DNA of 63,968 bases, counting the filler, from Blastocystis sp. subtype 4 (lineage: Eukaryota), in the NCBI RefSeq assembly GCF_000743755.1. It is 3 parts of 3 records of this genome, joined end to end, with 100 filler letters (N's around TTAATTAATTAA, not from the genome) between each part and the next. Parts side by side here need not be neighbours in the genome. Positions count along the whole stretch, not along the records: positions 1 to 22,951 come from NW_014569372.1; positions 23,052 to 45,995 come from NW_014569371.1; 1 more part is not named here. One strand, 5' to 3'. This document shows positions 16,377 through 27,400 of this stretch, piece by piece; the stretch's first letter is position 1; the number at the start of each line of letters is the position of its first letter. Position numbers and translations under genes: made by a program. The notes beneath the pieces are model-generated. The model was given only the letters and a program-made list of their open reading frames with translations. It was not told where the DNA came from and ran no database searches.

Positions 16377-17682
16377 AAAGAGACGCTTGATTTCGAATAT
16401 TCTCAACAACTTGATCCATCGAGATTAACGACTTGATCATCTCAGGATTAGACATTAACCGAAGACGAGAGGGACTTAATAGCTTGCTTAGCAACCCTGG
16501 ATACGACTTTTCTATCTTTTGGTACAAGACAGTCTTCTTCATGTACTACTCATTATCGATCCAACGATTCTATACAGATGAAACAATGTCAGGACGATTC
16601 GAAATGATTTGACATAGAATCTTGATGTGTTCTATCAATAAGAATGGATCAGACTCACCAACCTTCCCGTTCTTGCTGATGAAAGGAAGTATCCTGAGAC
16701 TGTTCCCTCCATGGATTATGAAAGATCCGGTCATTTCCTTCATGATCTTGAGAATGTAATGACAAATGAACTCCTCGGGAAAGATGATGAAGATGACCCG
16801 AGGAATGATGTGTTGTTTGTAAAAGATCTTGATACTTTTCGAGACGAATACGATCTTCGGATGGATTTTTCTTCATAGACATGCCAACAGGTGGCATATC
16901 TTTCTGAGTAGTCTCTGGTCTCTGGAATCAGTCCAATTTCACACCCATACATTCTTATCTTTGAAAATTAGTGCTTTGCCCATATAGGACTCCACTTTCT
17001 GTTGAATCACTTGACGCGTTTTCTTAAAGTCAACATAGCTGTTCGAATCTTGCAAGAGGGAAATTATCTCTTCCAAATTCTTGTCATTCTCCAAGTAGGA
17101 TCGGAAACTTGGATTCAACTCTTCCAGTTCGACTATCATTGGATGCGTCTGAATACAGCTACGTACAATATTAATATCTGAAATGATATCTTTTACAAGG
17201 GGCGATTGAATGGCAATCTTTACAATATTGGGATGAGAAGAGATAGCGTTGTGAATCACTTCATACGAAACTTCTGCACTTGACTGATAGAGGAGTTGTA
17301 AGTCATCTCCGAACAGGTGCTTTGCAATTGATTCCAAAACAGAATCTGATGTATCAGATTCATTACCAGCAGAAGAAATGTCTTCACAGGATGATACACT
17401 TTCTTGTTGCATTATCTCTTGATATTCGGTATCCTTAACTTCACTAATGACCATGTGGATAACCGAGTCATTGTTGATGCCTTTTCGTTAAACAATAATA
17501 CCATATCTACCATAATAGTACAGGTGGTGGTTGTTTTGTAATAAATGACCTTTATAAATCAGTTTTATGCTACTAGGATTGGTACCCTGACTAACCCCAA
17601 TAACACCTTTTGCTTCCATTACAGTTTGGTCTGATCTGATATTGACATCAATAACTGAACCTAGACAGATACATACCTTCAT
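16377..17682 (-). CDS. ubiquitin-like-domain protein with STI1-like repeats (ubiquilin-like, no obvious UBA)
   Basis: N-terminal UBL (IKLIYKGHLLQNNHHLYYYG) and MSNPEMI-type repeats. The end is probably poly(A)-created at 16377; the genomic stop at 16303 overlaps SMC3. Confidence 0.6.
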
Positions 17683-17930
17683 TCGCAAAATATGTATGTG
17701 CGGATTGACAACCGCGGTTCATTTGTACAGAAAACGAATTCAACAAACAATAAGGGACACACACGGAAATCTCTCCCAGAGAGTATTTATCCTTTTTCTC
17801 AAAAGATTTGAGGATTCAAAGTCTTTTCTACAGATTTGTCAATTCATTGAGAGATTGTTTCTACAACACCTAAGTGATATAACAGAGAGTCCTGTCTCTT
17901 TCCTTTGCAATCGATAACAAACATAGGAGA

Positions 17931-20651
17931 TCATACAGTCTCTTCAAGCAGACTCGTTTGCTCTTGTTTCATATTCTTCTTCTTCTTTAGCTGTTTAGGA
18001 CCGCCTTCTTTACCAGATCGAGAATGCATATACATACAGAACAATCCAAATACGAACGATAGGAGAACAGCCAGAATACACACAGCCACAATCACAAGAG
18101 TAGACCAAGGGAAAGGTAAACGAAGAGTGGGTTTGGATGTAATCGTAAGATCAATAAATCCAGATACCCCTTGCATTCCCTCTTTCATCTCCTCAACCAG
18201 ACTATTCTGGAAGTGTTTCATCTTCTTCAGAACATAATCACCAATCTCCTGTTCTACTGTGAATCGCATCACAATATCCAGAGAAAGACTGTCATCAGTA
18301 TTCATAATTACAATAGGGAAGGAGATTTGGTCCTTCCACACAGTCAAGTTGCTACAAACAACCGATACAGCAGCAGTTTCAAATTTCTTCATAGCAGTAT
18401 CTCGAATTCCATCAATACGAATTCCAGTATCAATAAAGGCATATCCCTTAGAGGCATAATTAGCAAGACACATACTTGAATCATCAATCCATACAGGTTC
18501 AACGTCTTGACGTCCACAAATACGATGATTCTGACCATAGTATCCAAATGGACAACGACCAGTTACCGTATTACCAACAAGAGCAGAAGGCCAACCAATC
18601 TTCTTCTTACAATACGCTTCTTGACACATTGTGAATTGCATGTATCCTGTTCTGAGAAGTGTATGATTGGCAGTGTCAGTAAACAGGATGCGGAAGGAAT
18701 TGTAAGGTCGTTTGGAAGTTAACTGAACCATTTCCACATCTGTTTGGACAAAGAACGTAGGACTATCAATAGAAGCAATTTCATCCTCCACTAGAACGGT
18801 GTTATTATTGCCAGAGTCCACAATACGACCAAATACACGGAAAGCACGAGGACGACCATCAAGTGTAGAAGGAGATCCAATTCGGAACAAAGAGGGAGTG
18901 ATGAATGTATCATTGTAAAGATTATAATAGAGGTTGACAGGGAGAGTTGTTGATTGCCACCAGACGTAGCTTTCAGTGAATGCCTGATCTGCAGGATGAT
19001 CAGGGTCAGGATTTGGCTCATCATCATAAGCATGACCTTCAATAGAAGGAATCAAACACTGTGATGTACTCAGATGCAATCGTATGTCAAATGAAATGTC
19101 AGTTGGAGTGAAGATAGAATGAGAAGTGGAACGATGGAGTGAGATAGCAAGTTGATTCACTTTCTTAACAAGATACGAAGCAGGGAAAAGTGCAAAGACT
19201 GTTGATGTCTGGAGAGAAGGAGAAACACGATTGACTTCCTTGCCATTCAAATAGACAATCGCTTCATCTTGGAGAACCATTTCGAGATTAATCAAAGAAT
19301 ACTTTGCTGGATTGGAAATGGAGAATTGGTGTCGGAAATACACAGTAGCACCTTCTTCATACTGACCCCAAGTTCCTGAAGAACCTTCCTTCCAGTTTTT
19401 ATCATTGAAGTTCTTCTGGGTCCATTTATCACTAAATGTAAGCGAGTATCGGAATGTTGATCCCATTGGCACAATATCACCCACAACAAATCGTTCTTGT
19501 TGTTCAAATTCAGAGGATGTCTTTTGGAAGGACTCCAACAGAAGTCCTTTCTCATCTTGCAGATTCAAAGAATCTTGCCAAGTTGTTGTTCCCTCTTCAG
19601 ATCTCATGTACAAATAGTACTCTCCTGAAGGGAAACAGAAGTTCTTCTTGTGGTAGTGAAACAGATTACTCACATTTGCTAGCTGTTCTCCTCCAAGAGT
19701 CGTAATACGATATCCATCAGAGCCTCCAATGTCTCGAGAGAATTGGAGCAATACTAGTTGGTCAGGACATGCGTCCATATAGATGGAAAAGGTTACAGAG
19801 TTTTCTCCCTTCTCATTGCGAGAACTAGCAACAAAAGTATGCCTTCCTTTCTCCTTCACATATCCCTTCAGGGCGAGACTGTATTGATTAAATGTCAACG
19901 ATTCTGGAAGAGGAGGATTGAAGGTAACATTTGAGAAAATCCCAGTTGCACTGAACAGCAGTTCGACTCCCTCACTCGAATGAATAATCAAACTTTCTTT
20001 ATTCACAGTGAGGATAGGAGGATTCTGAGCAATCATAGATGTTTCCTTCTTCTCAATATGTCCCACTTCGGCTCGCACAAAGACGAATGTTGTATTATCA
20101 TCTGTATGAATACTTCCTGTGCAACTACCGGTCCAAGAAGAAGTACAATTCACTGTGAACTTAAGATTCCCTTTTGGAATACAGAAATAGCTATCCTTCA
20201 TAGTTAAAGACAAAGAGGATTCCTCAAGAATCACACCATTGTGTTCCAGAAGAAACGAACCTTGTGATCCGTCTTCAATATGACGGATAGTATAGAAACC
20301 CTCATCACAATATACAGCCTCCACATAGAAAAGAAGAGAAGAAGAACCAGAGTCATTGGTAACAGTAATGTTAAATTGTTGTTTTGGAAACACTGAACGC
20401 ACAGTTCCAGATAAGGTGAGATCGCTACTATCAAACCTCATGAAAGCAGGCAAAGTGGGAGTAATCGCCCATCTTCCCTTTTCAACATCGCATTCGAACT
20501 TATATACGCCCATTGATATTAACATCGTTACCCGAACCTCATTCACAACATTACCTTGTGGATCACGGAGAACAATTGGTCCAGGAGACTGCGACAAAAC
20601 CAGTGCAATAAAAGTGACGAAAACGAGAGGAAACGCTCTATGCATACCCAC
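17931..20651 (-). CDS. intronless type I membrane/surface protein with putative Ig-like repeats and a galactose-binding-like jelly-roll (906 aa)
   Basis: Signal peptide, P-x-LP-x-x-L-x-F repeats (TPTLPAFMRF; NPPLPESLTF), FNDKNWKEG...YFRHQF...IVYLNGKEVNR, C-terminal TM and basic tail. TGTTTGTT at 17916-17923. Confidence 0.75.
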   Translation of the reverse strand: MGMHRAFPLVFVTFIALVLSQSPGPIVLRDPQGNVVNEVRVTMLISMGVYKFECDVEKGRWAITPTLPAFMRFDSSDLTLSGTVRSVFPKQQFNITVTNDSGSSSLLFYVEAVYCDEGFYTIRHIEDGSQGSFLLEHNGVILEESSLSLTMKDSYFCIPKGNLKFTVNCTSSWTGSCTGSIHTDDNTTFVFVRAEVGHIEKKETSMIAQNPPILTVNKESLIIHSSEGVELLFSATGIFSNVTFNPPLPESLTFNQYSLALKGYVKEKGRHTFVASSRNEKGENSVTFSIYMDACPDQLVLLQFSRDIGGSDGYRITTLGGEQLANVSNLFHYHKKNFCFPSGEYYLYMRSEEGTTTWQDSLNLQDEKGLLLESFQKTSSEFEQQERFVVGDIVPMGSTFRYSLTFSDKWTQKNFNDKNWKEGSSGTWGQYEEGATVYFRHQFSISNPAKYSLINLEMVLQDEAIVYLNGKEVNRVSPSLQTSTVFALFPASYLVKKVNQLAISLHRSTSHSIFTPTDISFDIRLHLSTSQCLIPSIEGHAYDDEPNPDPDHPADQAFTESYVWWQSTTLPVNLYYNLYNDTFITPSLFRIGSPSTLDGRPRAFRVFGRIVDSGNNNTVLVEDEIASIDSPTFFVQTDVEMVQLTSKRPYNSFRILFTDTANHTLLRTGYMQFTMCQEAYCKKKIGWPSALVGNTVTGRCPFGYYGQNHRICGRQDVEPVWIDDSSMCLANYASKGYAFIDTGIRIDGIRDTAMKKFETAAVSVVCSNLTVWKDQISFPIVIMNTDDSLSLDIVMRFTVEQEIGDYVLKKMKHFQNSLVEEMKEGMQGVSGFIDLTITSKPTLRLPFPWSTLVIVAVCILAVLLSFVFGLFCMYMHSRSGKEGGPKQLKKKKNMKQEQTSLLEETV

Positions 20652-21147
20652 TACAGTTGTTATAGATGAATGACCCTAATTTTGCAGTATACATTCTGTA
20701 GCCACTCGTTTTGTTATTACCCACTATTCATATGTCCGAATCATAATAATCATAGATCATTTGCATGATTACTACTGAACATACACCATTAATTGGGGCC
20801 TATTCAATTATAATTAAAACAGTCTTATGGAAGGAGTCATCAGCTCTAGAAGATATATCTTTCGATAAGTCATTCTTGGATCATCATAATGATATTTGAT
20901 TCCTCTTATCGATCATTTGAGTATAGTTGGTTGACTCATTAATATCTGCATTATGCTTTTATGATGGTGTGTAACCATATTTGATATACCAATTGACGTT
21001 TGTATCATGGAACACAATTGAAGAAATACCTAGAGTATCTAGTTATAACGAAACCAGGATGTTTCTATGGTCAGCGATACTGACGATCAAAGGGTTAATA
21101 GAGAATAAAAATGACAGGATAACAAACATAAGAGAAAAGAGATTACG

Positions 21148-22529
21148 TTAGTTCTTTCTACGCATAACGAAATAACTGACAGCAGCAGCTGTGGTAGCCA
21201 GACCAACCCAGAAAGGAACACTCTTCACCAGTTTCTTCATTGGGCACTTGCACTCACAGGTAGGAGCAGCCTTCACTACTTCATCCACTTCATACGCCTT
21301 CAGGACACGAGCACCCTGAGAAGGGGAAGTGACAAAACAAGTACATTCAATGCCCGTCTTCTCCTTGTACTGTTTCTCAAGAGCTTTTATTACTTCATCA
21401 GCCTTGACAGAATCCACAAGACAGACAATACAACCACCAAAACCTCCTCCAGTAATACGAGCTCCATAGACTCCATCCTGGTGGGAAGCAATCTCCACAA
21501 GCGTATCAATCTCAGGAGTACTCACTTCAAAGTTATTCTTCAAGGACTCATGAGACTGATACAATAACTGGCCAGCACGCTTGTAGTCCTTGGCTACAAG
21601 AGCTTCCTTGCAATCCAGACAACGCTGACACTCCGATACGACATGCAAAGCACGACGATATACAACATCGCCCATTTCCTCCTTCATTGACTCCACTTGC
21701 TCAATTGTAGCATCTCGAAGTGCCTTTACCTCAGGATACTTGGCTTGGAGAATCGTCACAGCATCCTTACATTGTTTCACACGATCAGGATACTCACTAC
21801 CTGTCAGTTGATGCTTATTGTTGCTATTGCAAACAATAATAGAAACAGAAGGATCATTCATTGATACCAGTTCTCCCTTGTTACTACGACAGTCAATCAA
21901 AAGGAGAGAACCCTTCTGACCACAAGAGGAAATGAATTGGTCCATAATACCACAAGGCATGTGAGCAAAGTTGTGCTCAGCTGCCTGACAGAGAAGAGCT
22001 CGATCTTCAGGAGTCATCTCAACCTTCAAAAGCTGCTCCAAAAAGACAGAGACAGCTATTTCAAGGGAAGCAGAACTGCTGAGACCACCTCCAAGGGGCA
22101 CATCTGATACAATTGCCATATCGAAGCCAACCTCCTTCTTATCGAAGCGAGTGATGAACTCATAAACAACACCCTAGAATTGACTGCAATTATGAAGTTC
22201 AAACCGAAACATAGTTTATCCAACTTCCAGAATCATCACGAGTCAACGAGGCATCACCGACAAACTCGACAACTCCATCCATGTTGGCAGACACAACACG
22301 ACACTTCTAGAGATCAAAGAACAAACCAGACACGAACAGTTCCAGGAACAGCCTTTCCAACAACCGCAGTTCCCAGATGAATAGCCAGGGGACAGACAAA
22401 CCCATCACAATAATCAGTATGCTCTCCAATGAAATTTACACGACCAGGAGCATAGGCAAAGATAGAAGGCTTTTCATCGAAGGTAGTCTTGAAAAGTGCA
22501 ACTGCTTTATCACGGAGTTCGCAAGCCAT
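21148..22529 (-). CDS. GALK1: galactokinase (GHMP kinase) with C-terminal hydrophobic tail
   Basis: Motifs [34 protein letters not shown] and [12 protein letters not shown]; two short introns; TGTTTGTT at 21121-21128. Confidence 0.93.
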
Positions 22530-22951
22530 CGTCAACGGTAACAATTATCTACGTGGAAAGATTCATGTTATTTGAAATGGAAAGCTATTCTATGGAATTG
22601 TAGGAATTCAACAAGGCTATTCTGAAGACACATCTTGTACGGGGGATCCAAAGTCTCACATTCATTTTGTGTCAGAAAGGGGTGATACGAGCTATATAGA
22701 CCTAGAGAAAGAATTATTGTATTAAAAACCGTGCTCCTCATGCTATTCATAATCCCTTTTGGATCTTTAGGTTCACCTTCTGCTGGCGGTATTCGAAAGG
22801 GATCCGTGGAAGAACACAAATAATAGGGTCTTTGTCAAGAGGGTAGAACTACTCTTTCCACATTTCCACGTTTCCACTTCATAAGATATCTCACATATTT
22901 CTTATTTGCGCAGACTATTATTATAATGTTCCCTCTGTTATCTCAGTATGA

Positions 22952-23051
22952 NNNNNNNNNNNNNNNNNNNNNNNNNNNNNNNNNNNNNNNNNNNNTTAAT
23001 TAATTAANNNNNNNNNNNNNNNNNNNNNNNNNNNNNNNNNNNNNNNNNNNN
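22952..23051. other. assembly gap with artificial TTAATTAATTAA six-frame-stop linker
   Basis: 44 N + TTAATTAATTAA (22996-23007) + 44 N. Confidence 0.97.
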
Positions 23052-23964
23052 AGAATGGAAGAATGGATACTTGAAAGATGGAAAGGTAGTGATTGATTTC
23101 GAGAGTGGAAAGAAGAGAAGATGTGGAAGTAGATGGAGTATGAGAGGTCGATTGGATGATCGATTTCATGATTGGTGGAGTTCGAAATCGAAATGCAAAC
23201 GATTCTGGTTTGGATTATTGTTTTGGATTGTGATGATTCTCATTCTATCATTCCCATTCTACAAGATAGTGAGTTATACTTATATGGGTATTCGAATCGC
23301 TATCAACAGTGATGTTGTGATTCACAATTGTTGGGAATGGGAACATTTACCAATATGGTGGAGTTGGAAAGTGAAGAATCTCAGAATTTATGCCCCTTGG
23401 GTGAGATCATTTGATTTGAGTAGATACAAGAATCTTAAGACTCTTTATGTTGGATGGGGTTTCTGGTATGTGAATCAAGTTAAGATAAGTGGATTGAATC
23501 AATTGGAGAGTGTGAGTATTGATGGGAGGTCATTACAGTATCTAACATCGATACGATTTGAGAGTGAGGATATAGAATTGATAATGAGATAGATCTTCCT
23601 AAACTCAAATCTATTGAATTGGGTGATTATGCTCTATATGGCTCATATGGTACTAATGATGGTCTGATAATGAAGAGTAGTGGATTGATTGGATTGATTA
23701 TAAGATTTGCCTTCATTATCTTATCTATATGGTAGTTCTTACAACTTCTATAACATGCATAATGTGATATTGGAGAGTATTTGATTGAAATGAAATGAAT
23801 TGGAGATGTACCTCTATTGAACTCAAACAACATTCACCTACACCGTGATCCTTTCTACAATACAAGGACTATTGTTTCAACAAGTGAGAATGAATGATTG
23901 TATGTAACAATTAGATGCAGCTGGTTTAGAGAGTTACATTCGTAGTCACAGTCATTATCTTTAA
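23052..23964 (+). CDS. 5'-truncated membrane protein with MORN-like motif, TM and LRR-like repeats (probable multicopy family)
   Basis: EWKNGYLKDG, one TM helix, repeats LNQLESVSI, LPKLKSIEL and LPSLSY; purine-rich ~30-nt introns; TAA at 23962-23964. Confidence 0.6.
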
Positions 23965-24039
23965 TCACTCTTTGTTTCATCAGACAAATCAACGACCATC
24001 AGAATAAGTATACTCTTTGATCATACTAACAAACAGTTC

Positions 24040-25792
24040 CACTCTTTTACAACTTCCCAAACTTTATACATTCGAGCTAATTCATCCTCTCTCGCTTTCA
24101 AACCATACATAAAGTAATTATCAAATCGTCTCTTCACATTCTCTGTTACTATGGCTTCTTCCCAATCTTCAGCTTTTACTGTTACTAATCGCTGAATAGC
24201 AGATTCCATCTCCATTTTGGATACATTGTTCTTATGCAACTTCACCATTTGAATATAGGTTTCTCGTGTCACGTAAGCATCAATGGCAGCGTAGAACAAC
24301 TGATTCATTTCAAGTGGTCTTACTCTCCAATCACTCTTTGTCCAAATCTTATTTAATGGCTTTCTATTCTCATTATTCTATCGATATTCAAACCCTAATA
24401 ACAAGGTACAGTAATCACTTAATGAAGCTCGTGATTTGAATCCTATTGTGAGAGCTGTTACATCAAGATCTAATGTGTTCATCACATTATCAAAACACTT
24501 CATTTTTAAGGCTCTATGAATGTACTCACAAAATCAGGACTACTTTTGGAGTAGCACAATATCATCAATTCCTTTAAATACGTGATATATACTCTTGTTG
24601 TGGACAATCAACTCGAACAGTTTCTGTGCTTCACAATTTGATTTCAACTCCATCAACCATTTCCCATCAATCAACCAAACACAATTCTTCCCTGATATTT
24701 GGATCAAATGAACAATTGTAGACAAATCTGAAAACCATTCACAATCCCAACCCAAGAGAGATTCTTTGAGGATGAATTGAACTGATATTCACAATACATA
24801 AAAAACATTACGTTCGTATGTGAGAATCGGAATAGAATCAATAAACACGATTTTCGTAGTGGCGGGAAGATGATAAGCCATTGGTCTTCCTTTCAATGCT
24901 TCCATTCTCTGTTGTTGATGTTCTTTCTAATGGATGAAGAAATGATGAAAATACAACTTGAGCATCTGTGATACACATACTTGGGAATTCCTTGAATTTG
25001 TACTTGGACACAAGCAGACGACAAAGCTATATGTTAAATATTCTTCTAAATACCAACAGGATATGAATACCCGAATTTTGTTAAGAGTTTATTAATGAAC
25101 CATGTACATGCATCATGACCGAATTCTTCCATCGTTCCAATCACATAAGAATCCGGAAATATATCGATATGATGCCAGATATATCCAGCAGTTGCAAAAT
25201 CGGCCCTTCGCTTCAATTGCGGAATCGACTTCTCACTTCGGTTTATACTCTTTGCAAGATCTAAAGTGAATCCTTTCAATCATATTTACACTTCAGGAGC
25301 TGTGCCTGGTCGTCATTAATGGATTTGGGAAAACTATTTGCTAATTCATCCAGCGCATTGTCAATATATCGAACCATCTCTTTTAACATCTTCCTTGTTG
25401 TCTACATGAAAACCAAATATCACTTCTACATAGCCTTTAACATACGATTCATAGATCATACCAAAGTCGATGAATTTGCTTATATCTGGAAAAGAGTGAA
25501 GGAATTTCATTCCCGGAACGAACAAATTCACATGCCATTCATCAGAAGCAACAACAATATGCTTGATATAGATGTTTACATGCTTCTGAATCCATTTTTC
25601 CTTCATCACAATAGGTCCATGTAACAGTTTTTTACAGTTTGGATTCCTACAGATCCCATCATTCAACCTAAACATGATAAACGAGTTTCAAATCCACAAG
25701 CCACATGTAGTTATCACATCTCTCTTTTCCTTGACTTTTGCTTTTGAAGTCGAATATTTCGATCGTGAAACCTCTTCTGGTATTTCTTTCAT
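24040..25792 (-). CDS. DEDDy 3'-5' exonuclease (EXD3/mut-7/WRN-exo-like), multi-exon
   Basis: ExoI LGWDCEW, FKGIDD and ExoIII QLFYAAIDAY. The N-terminal exon chain is uncertain. The stop is predicted as TG(24041-24040) plus poly(A). Confidence 0.7.
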
Positions 25793-25818
25793 AAAAAATA
25801 ATGAGTAACAAACAGTGT

Positions 25819-27043
25819 ACTGAACTTCATGAATAAACGCACTTTCACTAACATTCGATTTCTCATACTTCAACAGTGTCCCATCAATCTAAATTTCACC
25901 CTCCTCAAATCTCAAACCTCTTTCTGAAGTAACCAAAACTCCTCTGTTGTCATTCTTCGTAAAAACGTTGTCAAAAACGAACACTTCTTCTCTGCAAGAA
26001 ATAGATACTTCCGCTTGTATTTGAGATAACAGTGTCGAAATAGCAGAGAACAATGAGCAAGTGCATCGATTGCAAAGTGAGGAATTTCAAACAGAGTCAC
26101 TACATCCGACAGTCCTCGAAGAACGTACTCCTTTGAGGTTCGTTTTCGATCCTTGGATTCCGAATTTGGGAGTTCCAAAAGTACTGGGGATTTAGTTAAT
26201 TCCTCATTTCTTGACATTTCCAACAGACCCTCATTGCATACCAGCAAAGCCATGCATTCGTCCATGGACTGAATAACAACGGATTGTGAGAGCACGCAGC
26301 TTAGTCGTAAAATGCACTCAGCAATCTCGTTCTCTGACTCCTCCAAATCCCCATTGTATAAACGCATCGACAAACAGTAAAAGAACAGAATTTCAACGCA
26401 ATGATAAGGAAGACAAGAATTACACTGAGTTGGGAGACTGACATCCCGAAAGTCACCTGAAGTCAAGTAGGAACGAATACAAGGAATCTGGGTTGAAGAA
26501 TTGGCAACAGCTGTATTATGAATCGACTCTGGCATCAACCACCAAGGTTTCCAACTTTCAATGAGATTCTTTGTATTTCCGTTGGATATGTCACGCAAGA
26601 ATTCGTCTCGAAGCGACTTTGGTAGGTCATTCATAGAAACTGTCTTGCCATCGGCTATTCGTTCCCCTAGCTGTTCAAGAACCACTTCAGCTTCATCCTC
26701 ACTATCATCCGATACACCATCAAACATATCCATTGGTAAGACTGTTTGTTCTTGGGTTCTCTTCAACATTTCTGCAATTTCCCGTTTACTCTTATTTATA
26801 TCTTCTTTTTGACGCAACGAAATCTCATCCATTACCTGTTTCGCATAAAACTGATTTGTACATTTGGAATTATGATTCTATCATTGTCAATTATCCCAAT
26901 TTACTACGTTGTAACACTTCACAGAACAATAAGCAATCTTGCACTGAGGACAAACATACTTCGCTTCTGCGCTGTGACATCTACAAATTAATTTGCATCA
27001 TTGACCACACCTACACACCACAGGATCGAGAAGTGGACAGCAT
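25819..27043 (-). CDS. ZNHIT2: zinc finger HIT domain protein, ZNHIT2-like
   Basis: Spliced zf-HIT CGVCHSAEAKYVCPQCKIAYCSVKCYNNHNSKCTNQFY, plus W-x-PWW, RLYNGD and LAEKKCSF. A 29-nt last intron leads to an exon ending at the poly(A)-created stop T25819. Confidence 0.8.
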
Positions 27044-27078
27044 TATTGTGACAACACTTTCCGTATAATTGTGTCTGA

Positions 27079-27375
27079 ATGTTCACTCTATGGAACTTTT
27101 TCAAAGCGATTCTTCTCTTCATCAACGGCTTAGCCATTCTGCATGAGAAACGCTTTTTGAAGAAATGTATCCTTCAGTCTTTCTATTAATCTCCAAGATG
27201 GTTGGGATATTGTAGATACTTCCTATGGATCCAATAGTATCAAGAATCAGTGTGTAGGTCTTCTTCAAGCTGTTCGATGGTTACGAGGTATGGATTTCTT
27301 TTTTCGTCTCATCTGTGTTAGTTCCACTTATCTTTGTCAACTCGTTGTTCATTATCATAGATGCTATTATAGGGT
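27079..27375 (+). CDS. IER3IP1: Yos1/IER3IP1 ER-Golgi membrane protein (absent from ORF track)
   Basis: Three exons give MFTLWNFFKAILLFINGLAILHEKRFLKKYGW...IKNQCVGLLQAVRWLRVPLIFVNSLFIIIDAIIG. The stop comes from T27375 plus poly(A). Confidence 0.88.
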
Positions 27376-27400
27376 TTATTGTTTATTGAAAACAGTTGAA

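Noticed and set aside
22568..22819. 83-aa minus ORF and an 11-bp stem (GGGGATCCAAA / TTTGGATCTTT) upstream of galactokinase
   Set aside because: No ATG start, no GU element at the end, no recognisable protein or RNA family; a single stem is weak evidence.
22996..23007. Perfect palindrome TTAATTAATTAA inside N runs (also 46040-46051)
   Set aside because: Scaffolding linker with stops in all six frames, centred in identical 100-nt gaps; not biological.
25027..25064. ATATCCTG...TTTAAC...TAG as a possible fourth AT-starting U12 intron
   Set aside because: A 31-nt GT-AG intron starting a few bases later gives the frame that continues into the next exons, and the donor lacks the TT of the U12 consensus.
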